Assembly (NCBI GenBank): GCA_963978095.1
Contig: CAXBQP010000018.1
Coordinates: forward strand, 1 to 51,200
Direction of reading: 5' to 3'
DNA from: an uncultured bacterium
GTDB lineage: Bacteria > Gemmatimonadota > Gemmatimonadetes > Gemmatimonadales > Gemmatimonadaceae
DNA: 51,200 nt
In this document: piece after piece, positions 1 to 8,619 of the stretch
Layout: the number at the start of each line of letters is the position of its first letter
Numbering within the stretch: the first letter of the stretch is position 1
The notes under the pieces: generated by a model
What the model saw: only the letters and a program-made list of their open reading frames with translations
What the model was told of the DNA's origin: nothing
Databases searched by the model: none
Made by a program: the position numbers and the translations under genes

Positions 1-1
1 C

Positions 2-658
2 CCGGAGTTCAACCTGGACGGCGGGTCGCGTCGACGGCTGCGTCGATCGGTGCGCGTGGCGGAGAGCGAAGGGGCGAGCTTCGAGATCCACCGCGGCGGC
101 GACGTGGTCGCGCTGCTGCCGCAGCTGAAGCGCGTCTCGGATGCCTGGCTCGCGTCGCGGGACACCCGCGAGAAGGGATTTTCCCTGGGCTGCTGGAATG
201 CGCGTTATCTGCAGAGCACGACAATCGCGGTCGTGCGTCGTGCGGGTGAGGTCGTCGCGTTCGCGAATCTCTGGGAGGGCGCTGAGAAGAGCGAACTCAC
301 CGTCGACCTCATGCGCTATACGTCGGCAGCGCCGGAAGCAGCCATGGAATACCTGTTCGTGCAGATGATGTTGTGGGGTCGCGAGCAGGGGTATGGGCAC
401 TTCAACCTGGGGATGGCGCCGCTCTCCGGGTTGGAGAATCGCCAGCTCGCCCCCATTTGGAATCGCGTCGGTGCGCTGCTGTTCCAGCACGCGGACAATT
501 TCTACAACTTCCAGGGGCTGCGCGGGTTCAAGCAGAAGTTCGACCCCGTCTGGGAGCCGCGCTATCTGGCGTCACGCGGCGGCCTTGCGATACCGCGCAT
601 TCTCACCAATGTGTCGGTGTTGATATCCGGCGGATTGCGGGGCGTCGTGTCGAAGTAA
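2..658 (+). CDS. mprF: Phosphatidylglycerol lysyltransferase (MprF/LpiA), C-terminal synthase domain; 5'-partial, runs off window start
   Basis: Frame is open from position 2. Motifs REKGFSLG, VDLMR, FNLGMAPLSG and YNFQGLRGFKQKFDPVWEPRYL are typical of the DUF2156/LPG synthase C-domain. Confidence 0.93.
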   Translation, partial: PEFNLDGGSRRRLRRSVRVAESEGASFEIHRGGDVVALLPQLKRVSDAWLASRDTREKGFSLGCWNARYLQSTTIAVVRRAGEVVAFANLWEGAEKSELTVDLMRYTSAAPEAAMEYLFVQMMLWGREQGYGHFNLGMAPLSGLENRQLAPIWNRVGALLFQHADNFYNFQGLRGFKQKFDPVWEPRYLASRGGLAIPRILTNVSVLISGGLRGVVSK

Positions 659-672
659 GCCCTGCGACGTGC

Positions 673-1488
673 TCAGCGCGTCAGGGTCCAGGTGAGGGCG
701 CGTTCGACGAATGGCCCTGCGAGCAGGATGTTCGACATCGAGTGCCCGCCCCAGGGGACCCACCACTTGTTGATGCGCGTGCCGCCAGCGGCGAGGAGCG
801 TGTCATCCGCTGGTCGAAAGCGGTCGTCGGTGCCGCGCACGAGCGCGACCCGCACGGTCGGCGGCAGAGCCGCGATCTGTTCGCTCACCGAGAAGCTGCC
901 GGGTTCGGCGGGGGCGGAGCGATTCGCGATATCCGAGAGCGTGGCGCGCAGGTGACCGCGGCTCCGTGTGCTGATCAGGAGCACGCCTTGCAAGTTCGAG
1001 GGCGGTGCCTGTACGGCGATCCAACTGGCGAGCTCGGCGCCGAGTGAGTGGCCCGCGACGACGACCGGTAGCGAATCGGCGTGGAGTTCGTGCCGTGCCC
1101 GCGCGATCATGACGCGGACGCTGTCGCGGTAGTGGATGGCGCGGAGTGAATCCGACTCAGGGAGTCGGTCGAAGTACGGTTTGGTGTCGAAGCCCACCAC
1201 GTCGTATCCGGCGCCAGCGAGCCGTTTGGCGAGGTCCTGATGCGCGCCCCAGAATCCGATGTCGTTGCCGACGAAAAAAATGAACGCCTTGGCCGGCGCG
1301 GAAGAGACGGCGGTGGGATAGAAGAAGAGCGGCAGCGCGGCGAGTGCCGGATCCTTGGGCGTGTAGGGTGCCGGCGCCGGGCGGAAGCAGGCACCGAGGA
1401 ACAGGAGCGCGCTCAGCGCGCGGACCGCGCGGACAGCACTCAACGCCACACCGCCCACCCGGGGGCGATCGGAACGTGTACGGCTCAT
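673..1488 (-). CDS. AcvB/VirJ-family alpha/beta hydrolase (probable lysyl-phosphatidylglycerol hydrolase), predicted lipoprotein
   Basis: GNDIGFW...LAKRLAGAGYDVVGFD segment resembles VirJ; GHSLGA nucleophile elbow; late D and GGH catalytic candidates; LGAC lipobox; adjacent to mprF. Confidence 0.72.
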   Translation of the reverse strand: MSRTRSDRPRVGGVALSAVRAVRALSALLFLGACFRPAPAPYTPKDPALAALPLFFYPTAVSSAPAKAFIFFVGNDIGFWGAHQDLAKRLAGAGYDVVGFDTKPYFDRLPESDSLRAIHYRDSVRVMIARARHELHADSLPVVVAGHSLGAELASWIAVQAPPSNLQGVLLISTRSRGHLRATLSDIANRSAPAEPGSFSVSEQIAALPPTVRVALVRGTDDRFRPADDTLLAAGGTRINKWWVPWGGHSMSNILLAGPFVERALTWTLTR

Positions 1489-2429
1489 TTGTGGGTGTGG
1501 CGAGTGAAGAACTGCCAGATCAGGAAGGAGGCGCGGATCTCATTCATGGGGGGCAAGTCGCCGGGATCATCGGGACCACCCGGCCAGCCGTGTGTGCCAC
1601 CCTGGATCTTGTAGAAGTCGACGTCGGTGCCGGTGCTGCAGGTCGTGAAGCGGATGCGCGTCACATGCGTGGAAATCGTGCTCGGGGTCCCGCTGGTGCA
1701 GCGGTAGAGGCCGATCCAGAAGCGCGCGGAGGGTGTCAGGGGCGCGGCGGCAGCCGGTACGGCCGCTGGCGGTGTCGGGGCGGGCTCGTCGTATGCGACT
1801 TCGGGATCGTCGGTGCCGTGGAAGGCGATCATCGGCATCGGATTGTTGGGTGCGCATTCGAGGTCCACGAGACTGCCCGATACCACCGCGATCGCCGCGA
1901 ACGTTCCGCTGAGCTGACATCCCGCGTGATACGCCATCCGTCCGCCGGCCGAGAACCCGGCGACGTAGATGTGCTTCATGTCGACCGGGACGTGTGCCGA
2001 CATCGCCGAGATCACGGCGGAGAGAAAGGCGAGATCGTCGACGTTGGTCCGATACGCGCCGCCGCAGCAGTTCCCGGCGTTCCAGTCGGAGGGATACAGC
2101 CCGAAGCCGCCGTCAGACCCATCGGGATACGCCACGAGGAAGAGCGCGGAATCGGCGAGCGCATTCATGGCGGACTGCAGCTCCACCGAGTGGCCATTGC
2201 CGGAACTCCCGTGCAGGACGATCACCAGCGGCCAGGTGGTCGGGACGCCGGCGGTGGTGCGTCGCTTGGGCGGCACGTGCACCGCGTAGGTGCGTGTGGT
2301 GCCGTTCACCGAGACGCCGTGCGCGAGGGTGCCGGCGCGCCAGCTGGCGGCGTCGACATCCGCGGTGATTCCCTCGAGGGAGCAGCTGCCGAGGACGATC
2401 ACGCCGAGCAGGAGGAGCAGACGCGTCAC
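1485..2429 (-). CDS. PHB-depolymerase/LpqC-family esterase, lipoprotein
   Basis: PLVIVLHG, LVAYPDG, WNAGNCCG, VDDLAF, GFSAGG, FHGTDDP and GGTHGWPG motifs; LGSC lipobox. GTG start at 2429 overlaps the upstream stop (GTGA). Confidence 0.88.
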   Translation of the reverse strand: MTRLLLLLGVIVLGSCSLEGITADVDAASWRAGTLAHGVSVNGTTRTYAVHVPPKRRTTAGVPTTWPLVIVLHGSSGNGHSVELQSAMNALADSALFLVAYPDGSDGGFGLYPSDWNAGNCCGGAYRTNVDDLAFLSAVISAMSAHVPVDMKHIYVAGFSAGGRMAYHAGCQLSGTFAAIAVVSGSLVDLECAPNNPMPMIAFHGTDDPEVAYDEPAPTPPAAVPAAAAPLTPSARFWIGLYRCTSGTPSTISTHVTRIRFTTCSTGTDVDFYKIQGGTHGWPGGPDDPGDLPPMNEIRASFLIWQFFTRHTHK

Positions 2430-3175
2430 CGCACCCACCGTGCGCCCAGTCCGAGTTGGAGCGCGCCGCCCGGCAGGATCACCCGTTGTCCGCCCAAGTC
2501 GATGGTGACCGACCGGTTGATGCTCCACGCAAGCGCACCACCGATCATGGGGAGCAAACCTGCGTCGGTGTTGCCGGCGGTGGCCACGCGACCGAACCCG
2601 ATGCCGGGAATGAGCGAGGCTCGCCAGGCGCCGGTGCGTCCGAATGGAATCGCCACGTCCAGTGGCAGGGTGAGCGCCAGCGATTGGGCGTTGGCCGGTT
2701 CACGTCCGCGATAGCGGGAGCCACCGAGCGAGAGTTGAAGGCTTGCGCCGGTCTCGGTGCGGAGATGGGTGGAGGAGTCCGCATAGACGCGGAAGCTGAT
2801 CGGGGTTCGGACCGTGATGTCGCCCGAGAGCCAGTAGGAGCAGGTGGGGCACTCAATGAGGGCGTAGGCGCCCGTCACGGAGAGTTGGAGGTGGTGGAAG
2901 AGCAGGCCACGACTCCAGGTGAGCCCGCCCGTGTCGTGGATGACATCGTCGGCATCGTAGTGCCACCGGCCGTAGCGGATCGACCAGGCGGAGGTCTTGA
3001 GGTCGAGGCCGTGCGGATCCTGCGCGATCGGGGCCAACGCTCCGACGGGTGTCACCATGAGAGCGCTCCACGCCGCGACTTGCGCGTTGCTTTGCGCGGC
3101 CGCCGAGCGGGTGCCGATGGCGGTGAGTAGAAGAATCGCCACCCATCGAAGGCGGCGAAGCGACGGCTGCATCAC
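2426..3175 (-). CDS. Hypothetical exported protein, probable outer-membrane beta-barrel
   Basis: Signal peptide ending AAAQ; alternating amphipathic beta-strands; C-terminal LQLGLGARW; GGAG SD upstream; coupled to the next gene. Confidence 0.6.
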   Translation of the reverse strand: MMQPSLRRLRWVAILLLTAIGTRSAAAQSNAQVAAWSALMVTPVGALAPIAQDPHGLDLKTSAWSIRYGRWHYDADDVIHDTGGLTWSRGLLFHHLQLSVTGAYALIECPTCSYWLSGDITVRTPISFRVYADSSTHLRTETGASLQLSLGGSRYRGREPANAQSLALTLPLDVAIPFGRTGAWRASLIPGIGFGRVATAGNTDAGLLPMIGGALAWSINRSVTIDLGGQRVILPGGALQLGLGARWVR

Positions 3176-3334
3176 GTGAGCTCCGGAGGACGACCCATGC
3201 TACCCGACGTGAATATATCGCCGCCGGCATGGGGCTCGGCATCTACCGCGCGCGCGGCTCCCGGAGTTACACTCTTTTTACGGTGCGTCGGTGGAGCGTG
3301 GCAACTGTCGCACCATCTCCCAGGGGGATCCGTC

Positions 3335-4021
3335 ATGAAAACATATAACCCGTTGTTTTATAAACAGTTACGAGTGTTGACGGCCGTGGGGATCGTCGCC
3401 GCAGCGACCGTTCCTCGGGGGGCTGTGGCTCAGGCGGTACCCTCGAAGTCCGCCACGGGCAAGGATTATACCGCGGCCGACGTGACCTTCATGCAGGGGA
3501 TGATCGGCCACCACGCGCAGGCCGTGGTGATGGGCAAGATGGCGGTGACGCATGGCGCGAGTGCGAACGTCGCGATGTTCTGCAAGAAGGTGATCATTTC
3601 GCAGCGCGACGAGATCGGCCTCATGCAGGCGTGGCTGACGGATCGGGGCGAGCATGCGCCCGATCCCGAGGCGATGACCGGTCACGAGATGGCCGGTCAC
3701 GACATGGCCGGAATGGCGGGGATGGACATGGGGGGGATGTCGTCGTCGGAGCATGCGATGATGCCGGGGATGCTGACGCCGGCGCAGTTGGCGCAGTTGG
3801 ACAAGGCGCGCGGGCCGGCGTGGGACCGCCTCTTCCTGACCTTCATGATCCGACATCACGAAGGGGCATTGCAGATGGTCAAGACATTGTTCGATTCGCC
3901 GGGCGGTGGTCAGGGCCCGGAGATTTTCGGGTATGCCACGGGGGTCGATGCGGACCAGCGGGGCGAGATTGAACGGATGCAGAAGATGGTGAAGGCCATG
4001 AAGGGAAAAACCACTCAGTGA
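3335..4021 (+). CDS. DUF305 (ferritin-like, CopM-related) exported protein
   Basis: ADVTFMQGMIGHHAQAVVM, SQRDEIGLM, FLTFMIRHHEGALQM and QRGEIERM motifs; Met/His-rich linker; AGGGGG SD before ATG 3335. Confidence 0.9.
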   Translation: MKTYNPLFYKQLRVLTAVGIVAAATVPRGAVAQAVPSKSATGKDYTAADVTFMQGMIGHHAQAVVMGKMAVTHGASANVAMFCKKVIISQRDEIGLMQAWLTDRGEHAPDPEAMTGHEMAGHDMAGMAGMDMGGMSSSEHAMMPGMLTPAQLAQLDKARGPAWDRLFLTFMIRHHEGALQMVKTLFDSPGGGQGPEIFGYATGVDADQRGEIERMQKMVKAMKGKTTQ

Positions 4022-4029
4022 GGAGTCCG

Positions 4030-5856
4030 ATGCACAGTGTCCACCGTTTCACCCGGATGGCGGCGGGATCGATGATCGTGGCGGGTGCGCTCAGTGCGCA
4101 GGGGGTGAAGCCGGTCACGCCGCCGGCTGCCGCGAAGGCGGCTTCGACGACAGACCCGCGCGTGGGTCTCAAGAGCGGCCTGTATGACGCCGCGTCGGCG
4201 ATCAAGGGGCTGAAGCTCGTGTCCACCACGCCGAAGTCGGCCAAGTTGGATGGCGACGGCGGCGCGCGTGGACTGACCTTCGCCAACTCGGACCTGGCCT
4301 TCAAGGCCCCGTATGTGTATCAGGGGAACTTCAGCGGATTCCAGATCTGGAACATGGCGAACCCGTCGAAGCCGACGCTGACCGCGGTGGAAGTGTGCGC
4401 CACGGGTCAGGGCGACCCGTCGGTGTGGGGGAACCTGCTCTTCGTGTCGTCGGAGAGCACGGGCGACCGGACCGATTGCGGCACGCAGGGTGTGGCCGAC
4501 AAGATCAGCATGGACCGCATGGTGGGAGTTCGCATCTATGACATCAGCGATCCGGCCCACCCCAAGAAGGTGAAGGATGTGCAGACCTGCCGCGGGTCCC
4601 ACACGCACACCGTGATCCCCGACCCGAAGGACAAGGGCGTGATCTACATCTATGTCTCGGGTTCGGCGGGGGTGCGTCCGGAGGAAGAACTCGCGGGCTG
4701 CAAGAATCTGCCGCAGGCGGATGTGAACGGTGCGCTCTTCCGCATCGAGATCATCAAGGTGGAGCTGGCGCATCCGGAGAACGCGAAAGTGGTGAGCTTC
4801 GGCCGCATCTTCGACGGACTCGCGCCGGTGTCGCAGCACGGACTGGCGCCGTCGGATGTCGCCCCCACCCGGGCGCCGGCTCCGGCATCGGCTCCGGCTC
4901 CGGCATCGGCGGCTGCGCCGACGGGCCCGAACCAGTGCCACGACATCACCCTGTACCCCGACATGGGATTGGGGGCCGGTGCGTGCGGTGGCTATGGCAT
5001 TCTCGTGGACATCAAGGATCCGCTCAATCCGAAGCGTCTGCAGGCCGTGGGCGATACGAACTTCGCCTTCTGGCATTCGGCGACGTTCAACAACGACGCG
5101 ACCAAGTTGCTCTTCACGGATGAGTGGGGCGGCGGCACGAGCCCGAAGTGCCGCGCCGATGATCCGATCGATTGGGGCGCCGATGCGATCTTCACGCTCA
5201 AGAATCGCAAGCTGACCCAGGGAGCCTTCTTCAAGATGGCGGCCGCGCAGACCAAGGAAGAGAACTGCGTGGCGCACAACGGAGCGCTGATCCCCGTGCC
5301 GGGACGTGACATCATGGCGCAGGGGTGGTATCAGGGCGGTCTCGACTTGATCGACTTCACCGATGCCGCGCATCCGTATGAAATCGCCTACTTCGACCGG
5401 GGCCCGGTCGACGCCACCAAGCTCGTGACGGCGGGATACTGGGGCGCGTACTGGTACAACGGCTATCTGTACGGATCGGAGATCGCGCGCGGCATCGATG
5501 TGTTGGAGCTCGCGCCGACGGAATACCTCTCGCAGAACGAGATCGACGCCGCGAAGCTGGTGAAGTTCGAGCAGTTCAATCCGCAGATGCAGCCGAAAAT
5601 CACCTGGCCGGCAGCGTTCCCGGTGGTGCGGTCGTACGTGGATCAGCTGGTGCGTGGTGCGGGGATCGCGTCGGCGCGCAGCACGGCGATCAACGCGGCG
5701 ATCGATGCCGCCGAGAAGGCCAGCGGCGCCGCGCGCAAGACCGCGCTCGATGCGCTCGCGGCGGATTTGACCAAGGATGTGACGACCGCCAAGGACAGTG
5801 CCCGCGTGAAGATGCTGATCGGTGCGGTGAAGAACTTGTCGGCGGCGACGAAGTAA
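4030..5856 (+). CDS. LVIVD-repeat secreted beta-propeller protein
   Basis: Signal peptide; NSDLAF, QGDPSVWGNLLFVS, CRGSHTHT, CHDIT, WHSATF, DEWGGG, NCVAHNG and EIAYFDRGP motifs; AGGAG SD before ATG 4030; follows DUF305. Confidence 0.82.
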   Translation: MHSVHRFTRMAAGSMIVAGALSAQGVKPVTPPAAAKAASTTDPRVGLKSGLYDAASAIKGLKLVSTTPKSAKLDGDGGARGLTFANSDLAFKAPYVYQGNFSGFQIWNMANPSKPTLTAVEVCATGQGDPSVWGNLLFVSSESTGDRTDCGTQGVADKISMDRMVGVRIYDISDPAHPKKVKDVQTCRGSHTHTVIPDPKDKGVIYIYVSGSAGVRPEEELAGCKNLPQADVNGALFRIEIIKVELAHPENAKVVSFGRIFDGLAPVSQHGLAPSDVAPTRAPAPASAPAPASAAAPTGPNQCHDITLYPDMGLGAGACGGYGILVDIKDPLNPKRLQAVGDTNFAFWHSATFNNDATKLLFTDEWGGGTSPKCRADDPIDWGADAIFTLKNRKLTQGAFFKMAAAQTKEENCVAHNGALIPVPGRDIMAQGWYQGGLDLIDFTDAAHPYEIAYFDRGPVDATKLVTAGYWGAYWYNGYLYGSEIARGIDVLELAPTEYLSQNEIDAAKLVKFEQFNPQMQPKITWPAAFPVVRSYVDQLVRGAGIASARSTAINAAIDAAEKASGAARKTALDALAADLTKDVTTAKDSARVKMLIGAVKNLSAATK

Positions 5857-5878
5857 GTCGCACACGTTTCCGATGCAC

Positions 5879-5913
5879 CGCGGGGGCCGTCGCACGACGG
5901 CCCCCGCGTTCTT
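5879..5913 (+). terminator. Intrinsic terminator hairpin between convergent genes
   Basis: Perfect 13-bp stem CGCGGGGGCCGTC/GACGGCCCCCGCG, GCAC loop, followed by TTCTT. Confidence 0.8.
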
Positions 5914-5935
5914 CATGTCACACCGCGCGGCAGCG

Positions 5936-6508
5936 TCAGCCCTGCCGTTCCGGGAGGCGCTCCTCGCGCCACGTGAGCTGTGCTTGCACCAGCGTCGCCA
6001 ACAAGCTGATGCATCCCATGGTGATGAAGAGCGCGTGGAACGATCCCCACTTGGCGATCATCCCGCCGACTGCGATCGCGATGCCGGACACGACCTGCGT
6101 GTGACCACTCGCGATCCCCCACGCGAAGGTGTCATCGCGCTCGGACAGCTCGGAGGCGAAGTACGCATCCCAGGACGGCGTGGAGATCGCCTCGGCCAAT
6201 CCCAGCCCGAGCTGCACCAGCAACAGCTGGTGCGGCGTCGTCACCAACAGATACGAGAAGGTGCACACGGTGTTCAGCGCATAGCCGATCGTGATGACGC
6301 GGAACTTCCAGCGCGACTGGTTCACGAATCGACCGACGATGGGATACGCCAACCCGCACACGATCAAATACGTGGCCCACGCCGACGTGATGTCGAAGAC
6401 ATCGCCACCGACCCGCTCCGCGAAGACCGCGAACAGCGGTCCCAGCAACCCCTCGCCGAGGTACCAGAGGCTGGACGCGATCAGGAGGAGCCGGAGGGAG
6501 CGATTCAT
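5936..6508 (-). CDS. Half-size (about 6 TM, 190 aa) MFS-like membrane protein
   Basis: About six hydrophobic segments; GPLFAVFAERVGG, a motif-A-like loop (GRFVNQSRWK) and VQLGLGLAEAISTPSWDA resemble an MFS N-domain. Confidence 0.78.
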   Translation of the reverse strand: MNRSLRLLLIASSLWYLGEGLLGPLFAVFAERVGGDVFDITSAWATYLIVCGLAYPIVGRFVNQSRWKFRVITIGYALNTVCTFSYLLVTTPHQLLLVQLGLGLAEAISTPSWDAYFASELSERDDTFAWGIASGHTQVVSGIAIAVGGMIAKWGSFHALFITMGCISLLATLVQAQLTWREERLPERQG

Positions 6509-6650
6509 GATGACGGGGGGAGGCGAAACGGGGCCGCGTTCTCTCCCTACAGAATAGCACAGGTCACCGCCGCGGGCGGTGCCTGGGGTTGCCCACCCGG
6601 AAGAGCGAACCGTTGGAAATTTTCCTGATCCGAGCGCATACTCCATACCC

Positions 6651-8570
6651 ATGCGTCCAATCCCACTCCTCGCGCTCCTGACGGTCTGTGCCTCTTCGCT
6701 CGCGGCACAGTCCGGCAACTGGCCCACCTACGGCAACGACGCCGGTGGGCTCAAGTACTCCCCGCTCGCCGACGTCAATCGCGAGACGGTAGCCCGACTG
6801 AAACCCGCCTTCACCTGGGACGCCAACGAACAGCCGATTCGGGCGAGCGACGGACAAAAGGCGGCACGCCCGGGGTTGTTCCAGGCGACGCCACTTGCCA
6901 TCAACGACACGCTGTTCTTTCCCACGCCGTACAATCGCGTGATCGCGCTCGATGCGACCACCGGCAAGGAGTATTGGTCGTATGATCCGCAGGCGTGGAA
7001 GACGTATGGGCAGCCGAGCAATGGAACCGGGCTCGTGCACCGCGGCGTCGCGACGTGGAGCAATGGGAAGGAGCGACGGGTCTTTCTGAACTCGCGGTGG
7101 CGGCTGATCGCGCTGGATGCGAAAACCGGGAAGCCCATTCCGTCATTCGGTACTCGTGGCGAGGTCGATCTCACCGCCGCGCTGTCGCGACCGGTTCGAC
7201 GGGAGCACTACACCAACACCTCGCCGCCGGTCGTGTGGGGGAACCTGGTGATCGTGGGCAACGGGGTCGGTGATCGCCTCGTGTATCACGGTGACCCACC
7301 GGGTGACATCCAGGCCTACGATGTGCGCACCGGGAAACGGGTGTGGCGGTTCAAGACCGTCCCCGGGGCGGGAGAGTTCGGCAACGACACGTGGAAGGAC
7401 GGTTCATGGAAGTACATGGGGCACACCAATGTGTGGGCGCCGTTCACCGTCGACAGCGTCCGCGGGCTCGTCTATCTGCCGGTCGGCACGCCGAGCGATG
7501 ACTGGTACGGTGGCGAGCGCAAAGGCGACGGCCTCTTTGGTGAATCGCTGCTCTGCCTGGATGCCCGCACGGGGAAGCGGGTGTGGCATTTCCAGGTCGC
7601 GCACCACGGGTTGTGGGACTACGATCTTCCCGCACCTCCGAACCTGGTGACGGTGATGCACGAGGGGAAGAAAACGGATATCGTGATCGCCCCCACGAAG
7701 CAGGGTTTCCTGTTCGCCTTTGATCGCGTCACCGGAAAGTCGCTGTGGCCGATCGTCGAGCGTCCGGTACCGCAGAGCGATGTGCCCGGCGAGGAAACAT
7801 CCAAGACCCAACCGTTCCCGAGCAGGCCGGCGCCGTTCGCCGCACAAGGATTCAGCGTGGCCGACCTGATCGACTTCACGCCGGCGGTGAAGCAGGCAGC
7901 GGTCGACGAACTCGCCAAATACCGGACGGGTCCGCTCTACGCACCTCCCTCGTTGCAGGGCACGGTCGCGATGCCCGGTGTGATCGGAGGGGCTGGCTGG
8001 GGCGGCGCGGCCGTCGATCCCACCACGGGATGGGCTTTCATCAAGGCCACCAACTCGCCCGCGCTCTTCACGCTGCAGAAGCGCGATGCGACGAGTGACA
8101 CCGTGGACACGCCGTACATGGTGGATCTCGCGCACTCGACGCTGGGCCTGTCGCAGCTCAACAACGCCGAGGGGGCGGGGCGCACCACGTTGCCGATCAA
8201 CAAGCCACCCTATGGCACGTTGACGGCGATCGATCTCAACACCGGCGACACGAAGTGGCAGGTGGTCCTCGGCGACAGTCCGGAGGTGCGGAATCATCCG
8301 GCGTTGCAGGGGGTTGCGTTGCCACCGTTGCTCGGCGTGGCCGGTTCCCCCGGGGCGCTGGTCACGGCAGGCGGTTTGGTGTTCGTCACCGGTGGCGGAC
8401 GCACGCTGTATGCGATCGACGCGCGGAGCGGTGCCACGCTCTGGCAGTACGACTTGGGACAACAGGGCTATGCGAACCCCATGACGTATCGCGGGAGAGA
8501 TGGCAAACAGTATGTCGTGATCGCCACCGGTGGTGGCAGCACGTCGAAGCTGATGGCGTTCGCGTTCTAG
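6651..8570 (+). CDS. PQQ-dependent dehydrogenase (soluble, glucose/quinate dehydrogenase-like)
   Basis: Signal peptide; WPTYGND, QATPL, HRGVATW, TSPP, HHGLWDYD, TKQG, PPYG and ANPMTY motifs; repeated ALDAxTGK..W docking motifs. Confidence 0.92.
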   Translation: MRPIPLLALLTVCASSLAAQSGNWPTYGNDAGGLKYSPLADVNRETVARLKPAFTWDANEQPIRASDGQKAARPGLFQATPLAINDTLFFPTPYNRVIALDATTGKEYWSYDPQAWKTYGQPSNGTGLVHRGVATWSNGKERRVFLNSRWRLIALDAKTGKPIPSFGTRGEVDLTAALSRPVRREHYTNTSPPVVWGNLVIVGNGVGDRLVYHGDPPGDIQAYDVRTGKRVWRFKTVPGAGEFGNDTWKDGSWKYMGHTNVWAPFTVDSVRGLVYLPVGTPSDDWYGGERKGDGLFGESLLCLDARTGKRVWHFQVAHHGLWDYDLPAPPNLVTVMHEGKKTDIVIAPTKQGFLFAFDRVTGKSLWPIVERPVPQSDVPGEETSKTQPFPSRPAPFAAQGFSVADLIDFTPAVKQAAVDELAKYRTGPLYAPPSLQGTVAMPGVIGGAGWGGAAVDPTTGWAFIKATNSPALFTLQKRDATSDTVDTPYMVDLAHSTLGLSQLNNAEGAGRTTLPINKPPYGTLTAIDLNTGDTKWQVVLGDSPEVRNHPALQGVALPPLLGVAGSPGALVTAGGLVFVTGGGRTLYAIDARSGATLWQYDLGQQGYANPMTYRGRDGKQYVVIATGGGSTSKLMAFAF

Positions 8571-8581
8571 CGAAGGCCGGG

Positions 8582-8612
8582 GCGGTGGCTCGGCGCACGG
8601 CCGGGCCGCCGC
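8582..8612. terminator. GC-rich hairpin between convergent genes
   Basis: 13-bp stem GCGGTGGCTCGGC/GCCGGGCCGCCGC with two G-U pairs on the + strand and a 5-nt loop; no U-tract. Confidence 0.5.
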
Positions 8613-8619
8613 GGTCATG

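Noticed and set aside
4015..5916. 633-aa antisense ORF and similar long shadow ORFs (13280-15316, 29924-32158, 37870-39774, 43372-45249, 8617-10308)
   Set aside because: They mirror well-supported genes on the opposite strand, are Arg/His/Gly-rich and carry no recognisable motifs.
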